A DNA stretch of 64,000 bases from Terrimicrobiaceae bacterium. GTDB lineage: Bacteria; Verrucomicrobiota; Verrucomicrobiia; Chthoniobacterales; Terrimicrobiaceae. How positions within the stretch are numbered: position 1 is the stretch's first letter; every line of letters starts with the position of its first letter. The notes beneath the pieces were generated by a model. The model ran no database searches and had not been told where the DNA came from. It saw only the letters and a program-made list of their open reading frames with translations. Both the position numbers and the translations under genes were made by a program. Of the stretch, positions 19,732 to 28,110 are shown in pieces. Location of the stretch: positions 1 through 64,000 of the forward strand of contig JBGSVZ010000036.1 in the NCBI GenBank assembly GCA_041752695.1. The letters are read 5' to 3'.

Positions 19732-19929
19732 TTATTTGTAGAACAACCGGATGGCGCAAGCGCCGAGGGTCTCGGTGACGGCGAGAAACACCCCGTCTCG
19801 GGTGGGCGGCTCCATCCATCTGGTTTCTCGGCCGCCTCCTTGTTTCCCGACAGGCCCCATGCAAATATCGTGGATCAACCCGATTTTCCCGCCCATGTCC
19901 CTTCTGTTGAATCGAAATATTTGTGTTCC

Positions 19930-22485
19930 ATGAGTGCCGACCCCATATCGCGTGATCAGCTCGAGGCTCTTTTCCCGGGCGACGGCGAGATGGCGCGGCT
20001 GATTCGCGACAAAGATTGGACGCAAACGCCACTCGGCGATCCCCGCACCTGGCCCGACGGCCTTCTCCATTCCCTCAGCATTCTTCTCGGTTCCCGCTAT
20101 CCGATGGAAATCTGGTGGGGTCCCGAGTATCTGCGCTTTTACAATGATGCCTACCGTCCCCTACTCGGTCCTGATCGGCACCCGCATTTTCTAGGCCGCC
20201 CGGGCCGGGAGTGTTGGGCCGAAGTTTGGGACGAGATCGGCCCCATGCTCGATGGTGTGATGCAAACCGGGGTCCCCACGTACTCGGAGAATTCCCGCCT
20301 GCTGCTGACCCGCAAAGGCTTTGTCGAGGAAACCTACGTCACGTGGTCTTACGGTCCCATCCGCTCGCGGCAGGGGCGGATCGAAGGGATTTTTTGCGCC
20401 TGCGACGAGACGACCGGCAGGGTTCTTGATCGCCGCCGCCTCGCCACGCTCAGCGACCTCGGGCTCACGGCGACGGACACCGCCAGCGTCCCCGGGGACG
20501 CTCTCGCTGTCCTCGCGCGCAACCCGCACGACACTCCCTTCGCGCTGGTTTATCAAGGGGACCCCGACGGCACCGCCACTCTCCTCGGCCAGACGGGATC
20601 GATTCCTTCGCACCTGTCTCCGGCAAAAATCATCGTCACTGCCAACGACGCACCCTGGCCGCTCGGTCGCGCTGCCACCGAGGAGGAACCCGTCATTGTG
20701 GAGCACTCTCCTGGGCAGAAAGTCGCCATTTTTTCCCTCCTCATTGATGACCGTGGCACCCGCGCTTTTGTCATCCTCGGCACCAGTCCGCAGCTTGAGC
20801 TCGACCATGGTTACCTTGATTTCCTGCGCCTGGTCGCCCGGCATTTTGCCGCCACCCTCGAGGCCCGCAACACTCGCCAGCGGATCGTGCGTGAGCAGTC
20901 CCGCCTCCGATCCGCTTTTATGCAGTCCCCCGCGTTCATGTGCATCTTGCGCGGTCCCGATCACGTCTTCGATTTTATCAACGACCAATACGCCGCCCTC
21001 GTGGGCCGGGACGATATTCTCGGCAAGGCAGTGGCGGTGGCTCTTCCTGAAGTCGTTTCCCAGGGATTTATCCGGATCCTCGACGATGTCTGGAGCACCG
21101 GCGTGCCCTACATCGGCAACGACACCACGGTTTTCCTCCAAAAAATGCCCGATGCCCCGTTGGAAAAAGTGGTCATCGATTTCGTCTATCAACCGCTCCA
21201 GGAAGCTGACGGCTCCATTTCGGGCATCCTCGCCCATGGCATTGACATTACCGAGGAGAAGAGAGGCCAACGCGAGCGGGAGAGACTCCTGCTCAGCGAA
21301 AAAGCCGCCCGGGCCGAGGCCGAGCGGGCTAGCATGATGAAGGAAGAATTTCTCGCCACCCTCAGCCACGAACTCCGCACCCCGCTCACCGCCATTCTCG
21401 GTTGGTCGCAGATCCTCCGCTTGGGATCATCCCTCACCGACGACCTCAACAACGGCCTTGAGATCATCGAACGCAACGCGCGCGCCCAGACCCAGATCAT
21501 TGAGGACCTTCTCGACATGAGCCGCATCATTTCCGGAAAGGTCCGCCTCGATGTTCAGCGTCTCGATCTGCCCGACGTAGTTCGCGAGGCGATCCGCACT
21601 GTGCAGGCCGCCGCCGATGCCAAAGGCATCTTTGTCCAGAGCATGCTCGATCCCCAGGCCGGCCCCATCACCGGCGACCCTGGCCGCCTCCAGCAAGTCT
21701 TTTGGAATCTCCTGAATAACGCCATTAAGTTTACTCCCAAGGACGGTCACGTGCAGGTTCATCTGGCGCGCGTGAACTCCCACATCGAGGTTAGCGTGCA
21801 GGATACCGGTCAGGGCATCCCCCCCGATTTTCTGCCTCACGTCTTCGATCGCTTTCAACAGGCCGACGCCAGCTCCACCCGCCGCCAGGGCGGGCTTGGG
21901 CTCGGGCTTGCCCTCGTCAAACAATTGGTCGAACTCCACGGCGGCCGCGTAGAGGCCAGGAGCGGTGGTGAGAACCAAGGCTCCACCTTCACCGTCACCC
22001 TGCCGCTAACCGTGGTTCACGCCGACAAGGAAGTCCCTGCTGAGCTCCGCCATCCCAACACAAGCTATCTCGCCCCCGATCACGCCCCGCTCTCGCTTTC
22101 GGGCCTCCGCATTCTCGCCATTGATGACGAGCCCGACGCCCGGGCTCTCGTCCAGCGCGTGCTCGAACATTCCAATGCCCGGGTCACGACTGCCGCTTCC
22201 GCCCGGGAAGGCCTTGCCGAGGTCGAGGCCGGCCATTTTGACGTGATTGTTTGTGACATCGGCATGCCCGGGGCCGATGGCTACCATTTCATCGGCCAAC
22301 TGCGTGAGATGTCCGGCCACAAAGGCACGATTCCCGCTCTCGCCCTCACGGCCTACGCTCGTTCCAGCGACCGGACCAAGGCCCTCCGCACGGGATTCCA
22401 AATGCACATCTCCAAACCGGTTGAACCCAGCGAACTCGTCACCGTCGTCGCCAGCCTGGGCGGCAAGCCGCGCAAGCTGGAATAA
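19930..22485 (+). CDS. Hybrid sensor histidine kinase/response regulator (PAS-type inputs)
   Basis: H-box FLATLSHELRTPL, N-box NLLNNAIKFT, DTGQGI, GLGLGL, C-terminal receiver DDE...CDIGMP...KP. Confidence 0.93.
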   Translation: MSADPISRDQLEALFPGDGEMARLIRDKDWTQTPLGDPRTWPDGLLHSLSILLGSRYPMEIWWGPEYLRFYNDAYRPLLGPDRHPHFLGRPGRECWAEVWDEIGPMLDGVMQTGVPTYSENSRLLLTRKGFVEETYVTWSYGPIRSRQGRIEGIFCACDETTGRVLDRRRLATLSDLGLTATDTASVPGDALAVLARNPHDTPFALVYQGDPDGTATLLGQTGSIPSHLSPAKIIVTANDAPWPLGRAATEEEPVIVEHSPGQKVAIFSLLIDDRGTRAFVILGTSPQLELDHGYLDFLRLVARHFAATLEARNTRQRIVREQSRLRSAFMQSPAFMCILRGPDHVFDFINDQYAALVGRDDILGKAVAVALPEVVSQGFIRILDDVWSTGVPYIGNDTTVFLQKMPDAPLEKVVIDFVYQPLQEADGSISGILAHGIDITEEKRGQRERERLLLSEKAARAEAERASMMKEEFLATLSHELRTPLTAILGWSQILRLGSSLTDDLNNGLEIIERNARAQTQIIEDLLDMSRIISGKVRLDVQRLDLPDVVREAIRTVQAAADAKGIFVQSMLDPQAGPITGDPGRLQQVFWNLLNNAIKFTPKDGHVQVHLARVNSHIEVSVQDTGQGIPPDFLPHVFDRFQQADASSTRRQGGLGLGLALVKQLVELHGGRVEARSGGENQGSTFTVTLPLTVVHADKEVPAELRHPNTSYLAPDHAPLSLSGLRILAIDDEPDARALVQRVLEHSNARVTTAASAREGLAEVEAGHFDVIVCDIGMPGADGYHFIGQLREMSGHKGTIPALALTAYARSSDRTKALRTGFQMHISKPVEPSELVTVVASLGGKPRKLE

Positions 22486-22627
22486 ACATCCGCCCAGTCG
22501 ACGGCTGACGTTCATCCAGAGCAGTCTGGAAAGTGGTGGACGCTGAGGTGGGATGGCATTTTTCTCTCTCTGGGAAAAACTCCATTTTATTCATCGTTCC
22601 TCAACTGGGATCCGATAGAAACGTCGG

Positions 22628-24286
22628 ATGCTGTCCCTCCGTCTCTCGTTCTCCCTGCTGGCTGGCTTCGTTCTGTGTGCCGCACCGGCCTTGGGACAGA
22701 CTACCGTCACCTACACCTCCGGAACCACGGATGCCGCGAGCTATTCCACCAGTCCGCCAGACGACCCACTCACCCTCACCATTGCCAGTGGGACGGCGAC
22801 GCAGAGTGGTGACCTCACCGGCACGGGAGGAATCATCAAGGCGGGGGCCGGCGAATTGTCTCTCACTGGCAGTAATAGCTATGGAGGCGGAACCATTCTC
22901 GACGAGGGAACGCTCCGTCTGGACGGCGCATCACCGCTCGGCTCCGGAATGGTGACCATCAATGGCGGTGTGCTGGGAAACTCCGACACTGATGATCTAA
23001 TTTTTCTCGATAACAATTTTCTGGCCAACGCCGACTTTGCCGTCGACGTGCGGGGAGTGGCCGGTGCGATCGAAATTTTCGGGAATGTGGATTTGGGCGC
23101 TGCCCCGACTCGCACCCTCACCCTGACGGCAGAGGGGCTCGCCTGTTTCGGGGGGGAAATTTCGGGGCAAAATTTCACCCTGCTGGCGGCCAATGGCCCC
23201 TCGCAGGCGATGTTTTGCAATAACACCAGCAATGTCTTCACCGGCACGTTGCGGGTGGGAAATGATGTCACGCTGGAGTTGTCCAAGGTGGAAGACGGCA
23301 TTATCGCCGTCGCCGGGGACATGGTGGTGGACGAGGGAGGGATTGTCGCTCTGCTCAACGGAGAACAATTTGCCGTCACCAGTGATGTCGCTGTCAACGG
23401 CACCCTGTTGGCCCTTTCCTCGCTTCAGAACACCATCAATGCGCTGTCTGGCACGGGAGCCATCATCGGCGTGAATGGTGACACGCTGGCTGTCAACTCC
23501 GGCACCTTCAGCGGGTCGATCTCCGAGGACCTGGCCCTTATCAAACAGGGCGCCGGCACGCTGTCGCTCACCGGCTCCAATTCCTACACCGCGGGCACCA
23601 CGGTGAATTCCGGTACCTTGCGCGCGGGCCACGCCCAGGCGCTGGGGGAAGGAAACGTGGCCGTGAATGATGCCGGGGTGTTGTGGGTGGAGGACGGAAT
23701 CGCACTGCAGCTCGGCCCGGGCAACAGCCTCACCCTGGAAAGCAATGGGACCGCGACCTATCGGAAGGATTTCGCGCTTGGTGAGGATTATGCCAATTTT
23801 GGAGCCATCGTCAGCAGTGGTGCCAACGCCACGGTGGCGCAGATTCTCAGCGGCACCGCCTCCGCGGCGGGCAGTGTGGCGGCGGCCTTCGATCAGGAAC
23901 CCGGCACGCCCGCCGCCAACGACGAGTTCCGCGTGAGCGATGTCCTCACCTTGGATGGCCTGGGCGGTGAGACGTTCGTGATGCAGCTCAGTTACAGCCA
24001 GACGGCCTATGATACGGCGGCGCTGTCCGGGCTCTACACCAGCGAAACGCAGTTGCTCATTGGGTATCTTGAAGGTGGCAGCTGGGTGCCGGTGGGAACC
24101 GGGCCTTTGGTGAACGGCGCTTGGTCGGGTGAGGTGGCCCTCGGAACGTATGGCGTTGATATCGTGAACAACGTTGTCTGGGTGGTCACCGATCACAACA
24201 GCGAGTTTGCCGTCGTGCCCGAGCCCGGCACGATTGGCCTGCTGGCCTGCGGCGCGCTGGTCGTGGTCTTTCGCCGCCGCCGGTGA
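22628..24286 (+). CDS. PEP-CTERM surface protein with autotransporter-associated beta-strand repeats
   Basis: Signal peptide; KxGxGxLxLTGSNSYxxGT repeats; VPEPGT, TM segment and RRRR C-terminus. Confidence 0.9.
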   Translation: MLSLRLSFSLLAGFVLCAAPALGQTTVTYTSGTTDAASYSTSPPDDPLTLTIASGTATQSGDLTGTGGIIKAGAGELSLTGSNSYGGGTILDEGTLRLDGASPLGSGMVTINGGVLGNSDTDDLIFLDNNFLANADFAVDVRGVAGAIEIFGNVDLGAAPTRTLTLTAEGLACFGGEISGQNFTLLAANGPSQAMFCNNTSNVFTGTLRVGNDVTLELSKVEDGIIAVAGDMVVDEGGIVALLNGEQFAVTSDVAVNGTLLALSSLQNTINALSGTGAIIGVNGDTLAVNSGTFSGSISEDLALIKQGAGTLSLTGSNSYTAGTTVNSGTLRAGHAQALGEGNVAVNDAGVLWVEDGIALQLGPGNSLTLESNGTATYRKDFALGEDYANFGAIVSSGANATVAQILSGTASAAGSVAAAFDQEPGTPAANDEFRVSDVLTLDGLGGETFVMQLSYSQTAYDTAALSGLYTSETQLLIGYLEGGSWVPVGTGPLVNGAWSGEVALGTYGVDIVNNVVWVVTDHNSEFAVVPEPGTIGLLACGALVVVFRRRR

Positions 24287-24420
24287 GGGTCGACCTCCCG
24301 GCGGACTTCGCCACGGATGGAGAAGTTCACCTGATACGCCACTAAGGGTTTTTGGGACTTGGCTTTTCCGGAAACCCCCGTCATATCCACTCGCGTGAAA
24401 CTTGTCGTAAGCCTTTCGAC

Positions 24421-24477
24421 GAAGAGGCAATTTCATGGTGCCCCGGGTGTTCTCCGGAAACGCACTTCCACGGGAGG
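24421..24477 (+). promoter_or_regulatory. Candidate purine (xanthine/NMT1-like) riboswitch leader
   Basis: GAAGAGGCAATTTCA...CCGGAAA...CTTC resembles my recollection of the NMT1 motif; CTTCC can alternatively pair with the GGAGG SD. Confidence 0.35.
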
Positions 24478-24483
24478 CATCTC

Positions 24484-25077
24484 ATGACCACTCTGGATAT
24501 CGAGGGGGACGGTGGCCGAAAGCAGTTCATGCACGAAGCGACCCGGCTGGCGATTGAATCGGTGGAAAAGGGTTGGGGCGGGCCTTTTGGTGCGGTGATC
24601 GTCAAGGATGGCAAGATTATCGGACGCGGACAAAACCGCGTCCTTTTAACCGGGATTCCGGTTTATCACGCGGAAATGACCGCGATCATCGACGCCTGCT
24701 CGCGGCTGAATGAAAAAACACTGCTTGGTTCGGGCCACAATGAGGGGAACTTAAAACTCATCCCGCGTCCCGAGGGCTCCCTGGATCCCGCGGATGAGCG
24801 CGCGCAGATGCTGAAGGGCTGCGAGATTTATACGAGTGGAGCGCCCTGCCCCATGTGCATGAGTGCCATCTACTGGGCGCGCATTGATCGTTTGTATTTC
24901 GGCACGACGCTGGCCGACGCCAGCAAGATTTGCTTCGACGACGAGTTTCAATACATCGATTTCCAACTCCCCTGGAACCAACGGAAGGCGATCACTTGCT
25001 TCCCGGAGTTCGAGCGGGAAGACGCCCTGCGGGCCTTTGACGCCTGGCAGAAGAAGCCGGACCGGCACCCCTATTGA
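24484..25077 (+). CDS. Nucleoside/guanine deaminase (CDA superfamily)
   Basis: GGPFGAVIV, HAE, PCPMC Zn motifs; SD GGAGG at 24473; insertion between HAE and PCxxC. Confidence 0.88.
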   Translation: MTTLDIEGDGGRKQFMHEATRLAIESVEKGWGGPFGAVIVKDGKIIGRGQNRVLLTGIPVYHAEMTAIIDACSRLNEKTLLGSGHNEGNLKLIPRPEGSLDPADERAQMLKGCEIYTSGAPCPMCMSAIYWARIDRLYFGTTLADASKICFDDEFQYIDFQLPWNQRKAITCFPEFEREDALRAFDAWQKKPDRHPY

Positions 25078-25150
25078 AACGCTGTGCGACTATGACGTTG
25101 TCGCAGTCGCAGGCATGGCCCGTCGCGAGCCAGAGAGTTTCTGATAGGCT

Positions 25151-26404
25151 CTAGTTGGACGGGGCAGGGTTTGGCGCGTCAGGTTTGGCTTCGGCGGGCT
25201 TGGACGGATCAGGCTTGGTACCTTCGCCGGGAACGTACTTGGTTGCCCCGGGAATGTGGAAAAACTTGGTGATGGTTCCGGCCGCCCGAAGGTCGTCGAA
25301 AGATTTGGGTCCGGACCCTTTGGAGGGGTCGGTGCGCCAGGGCCATTCGTTGCTATTGAGCGGCACGAGCGGAGGGAGAACCGCGGTCTTACCCCGCTTT
25401 TTCATCTCCTCGGCAAGGAATTTGCGACCGTCCCAGCCCAATAGCTCGGTATCCATGATGCGGTCGGTATTAAAAAAGACGGTGGAAAGCGTCCGATCGG
25501 CGATCGTGTGGCAGAAGACCTCCATCACTTCCTCCGGCGTGGTTTGGAAGTTGGTGGTTTCGATCATCATCAACCGCTCGTTGATCGCTTCCTCGCCAAA
25601 ATATTGCGCCATCACGCTGAAAAGGATGTTGTTCTGGCGGGTGACGTAAATGGAATTGGTCAGCCCATAGGTGTTGTCCCAGTCATCGCCCAGGAGCGCT
25701 TTCCATTCATCGAGAACCTTGCACCAATGTTCCACTTGAACCCGGGAGCACATCATGGTCAGGCCACCTTCCTCGGTTTCCATGTCGCGGCAGAAATCTT
25801 GCAATGCGGCGTAGGTGTAGGTGCCGTCTTTGAGGGCTTTTTGAGAGAAGCCAAGCAACTTTTCGAGGGTGGTTTTGAACAACTGCCGGTCCTCTGGTTT
25901 CACGTCCAGGTCGCCCAGGGTTTCCAAAGCGTTGGTGATGCGAGTGCAAAACGATCTCAGTGGCGCCTGCCAGGCTGTGTTGGCTTTGGGATCAAGGCTG
26001 TAAGGGGCAAGAATTTCATAAACGGCCATCGGAGCGTGTCCGATGGACTTGCCGAGCTCATAGAGAGGGGGCGTCGGTGCCTCGATGGGAGGCTGTCCCG
26101 CCCGGTAGAGGATGAAACGTCCGCCCTTCCCGGTGAAGAGACCCATGATGAGGTTGCTCTTTTGCAGGAAGTTTTGTTTGAAGATCGCCAGGGCGTTTTT
26201 GTAGACGCCCATCATCTCCGTATTGAGCGCGTACACATTGCGCGCGGCGATTTGAGCCTTGGTATCCGGTGTCGGATCGGCCACGTACTTCACCAGCGAG
26301 GCAGGGGGCTCCGCCGGTGGAGGTGAGGCGGGCTCCTGAGCGTAAGTCGGACAGGCCAAAAACGCTGTCGCGGCAAGGGCCAACCGGGAGAGACGAACTT
26401 TCAT
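25151..26404 (-). CDS. Secreted hypothetical protein
   Basis: Signal peptide MKVRLSRLALAATAFLACPTYA; Pro-rich termini; 417 aa. Confidence 0.8.
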   Translation of the reverse strand: MKVRLSRLALAATAFLACPTYAQEPASPPPAEPPASLVKYVADPTPDTKAQIAARNVYALNTEMMGVYKNALAIFKQNFLQKSNLIMGLFTGKGGRFILYRAGQPPIEAPTPPLYELGKSIGHAPMAVYEILAPYSLDPKANTAWQAPLRSFCTRITNALETLGDLDVKPEDRQLFKTTLEKLLGFSQKALKDGTYTYAALQDFCRDMETEEGGLTMMCSRVQVEHWCKVLDEWKALLGDDWDNTYGLTNSIYVTRQNNILFSVMAQYFGEEAINERLMMIETTNFQTTPEEVMEVFCHTIADRTLSTVFFNTDRIMDTELLGWDGRKFLAEEMKKRGKTAVLPPLVPLNSNEWPWRTDPSKGSGPKSFDDLRAAGTITKFFHIPGATKYVPGEGTKPDPSKPAEAKPDAPNPAPSN

Positions 26405-26514
26405 GAAGGAGGCTGTATAGGTCTTCCTCCAGTCCAGCAAGGCCCAATAGCTTATATTTTGGTGCCGCGTTCTGATCTTGAACTCAGGGTTACCCGCGGA
26501 TATTCGGATGAAAA

Positions 26515-27252
26515 ATGAAGCGCCAAGCTCTCCGTCTCCTTGCCCTCGCTTTGCTCGCGCTCACACCGCAAATGACCTCCGCCGGGGAATGGCCGAATCA
26601 GGGCAAATTCATCGGTGGCCGTGAGAGCGGACGACATGCTGTTGTGGTGGACATCGACGGCGTGCTCACCCAATACCAACTCCAGGACTACGGCCCGACC
26701 AACGGGATTTTTCTCGATCTCGGAGTGGACTACCCCCGGGTGGACGCGCCGTTGCTCATGAACCTTTATTATCGCAAGGGCTACGACATCGTTTACCTCG
26801 CCGGTCGCCCCGCCAATATACAGGTCAACGGCATGACTATGGGCGACGCGACGTTGAAATGGCTGCGCGATTACGGTTTTCCCACCGAGCCCGACCGCAC
26901 CACGCTCCTCCTTCGTGATGGCCCGGCCTCCGTGACCGGCGCGGAGAATCGCGGTGATGCCATGGCTGAATACATGGGCAAGGAGGGAACCGCCCTGGTC
27001 ACCGACATGCTGGCTGCTCTCAAAAAAACCACCGGCATTACCTATGACTATGGTTATGCGGATTCCGATGTCGTCGCGAAGGCCTTTTTCAAATCCGGGA
27101 TTCCGGCCGATCATGTTTACACGATCGGGAACAAAGGCGTTTCCAGGCTTGGTTTTATGGGCTCGCACGCCATCGTCGGACCCGAAAGCAATCCGGGATT
27201 TACCAATCACATCCGCGAATTCATCATCCCGAAGGTTCCTCCTCAGGAATAA
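26515..27252 (+). CDS. Secreted HAD-superfamily (LNS2-like) phosphatase
   Basis: Signal peptide; VVVDIDGVLT motif I; YLAGR; GYADSD. Confidence 0.7.
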   Translation: MKRQALRLLALALLALTPQMTSAGEWPNQGKFIGGRESGRHAVVVDIDGVLTQYQLQDYGPTNGIFLDLGVDYPRVDAPLLMNLYYRKGYDIVYLAGRPANIQVNGMTMGDATLKWLRDYGFPTEPDRTTLLLRDGPASVTGAENRGDAMAEYMGKEGTALVTDMLAALKKTTGITYDYGYADSDVVAKAFFKSGIPADHVYTIGNKGVSRLGFMGSHAIVGPESNPGFTNHIREFIIPKVPPQE

Positions 27253-27297
27253 CCGGCTCGTTGATTTCACGATGAGCCGGTTAAAGAAGCAGTAACC

Positions 27298-28110
27298 ATG
27301 GACCTCAACACCATCACCGAAATCCAGCGTCCGTCCCGCGTGGAGGACGTGAAAGAATGGCAAAACGGCTATGCCTGGCTGGCCGGCGGCACCTGGCTGT
27401 TTTCCGAACCGCAGATCAACACGCACACTCTGGTTGATCTCGAAGCGCTCAAGTGGCCATCTCTTGTCGCCTCGCCGGAGGGTCTCGAAATTGCAGCCAC
27501 CTGCAAAGTGGTCGATCTCGATCGCTTCGCCTCGCCGCCCGAATGGATTGCGGCACCGCTCCTGAGCGAATGCTGCCATTCCTTTCTCGCCTCCTTCAAA
27601 ATCTGGAACGAGGCCAGTGTGGGCGGCAACCTCATCATGTCGCTGCCGGCGGGTCCGATGATTTCGCTCACCGCAGCGCTGGAGGGAGTTTGCACCCTCT
27701 GGCCGCGAAACGGCGAGCCGCGCGAGGTGCCAGTGGTGGATTTCGTTACCGGCAACCACCAAAACGTTCTTGCGCCTGGCGAGTTGCTGCGCTCGATTTT
27801 CCTGCCCGCGCACGCGCTCAGAAAAAGATACGCATTCCGACGTTTCACGCTCACCCATCTCGGACGCTCAGAAACCCTGATCATCGGCACTTTCTGTCCG
27901 GAGCACGGAGAACTCCTCCTCACCATCACCGCCTCGACCTTGCGTCCGAGGCAATTCCTTTTCGAGAGCCTTCACTCTGCCGCCGAGGTGCGGACGGCTA
28001 TTGATACCATCCCGCTCGATGAATATCTCGCCGACACCCACGGGTCACCGGCCCATCGGCAGCATCTCACGTATTACTTCGCTGAACAAATCCGCGCCGA
28101 ACTCTCATGA
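27298..28110 (+). CDS. Xanthine dehydrogenase family FAD-binding subunit
   Basis: LAGGTWL, IWNEASVGGN, LAPGELL. Confidence 0.87.
   Translation: MDLNTITEIQRPSRVEDVKEWQNGYAWLAGGTWLFSEPQINTHTLVDLEALKWPSLVASPEGLEIAATCKVVDLDRFASPPEWIAAPLLSECCHSFLASFKIWNEASVGGNLIMSLPAGPMISLTAALEGVCTLWPRNGEPREVPVVDFVTGNHQNVLAPGELLRSIFLPAHALRKRYAFRRFTLTHLGRSETLIIGTFCPEHGELLLTITASTLRPRQFLFESLHSAAEVRTAIDTIPLDEYLADTHGSPAHRQHLTYYFAEQIRAELS

Larger units (their letters stand above)
18938..19743 (-). mobile_element. Solitary integron-type gene cassette
   Basis: Begins G|TTCTAC 6 nt before the ATG and ends at the G of attC; circularised ends GTTCTAC/GTCGAAC pair at 6 of 7 positions. Confidence 0.72.

Noticed and set aside
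19708..19929. N-terminal extension of the hybrid kinase in the ORF track
   Set aside because: It overlaps the ankyrin start and crosses the cassette boundary; the ATG at 19930 fits better
27250..27283. TAAC...GTTA hairpin as a second attC
   Set aside because: Only 34 bp, with no L boxes or extrahelical bases; more likely an intercistronic mRNA hairpin
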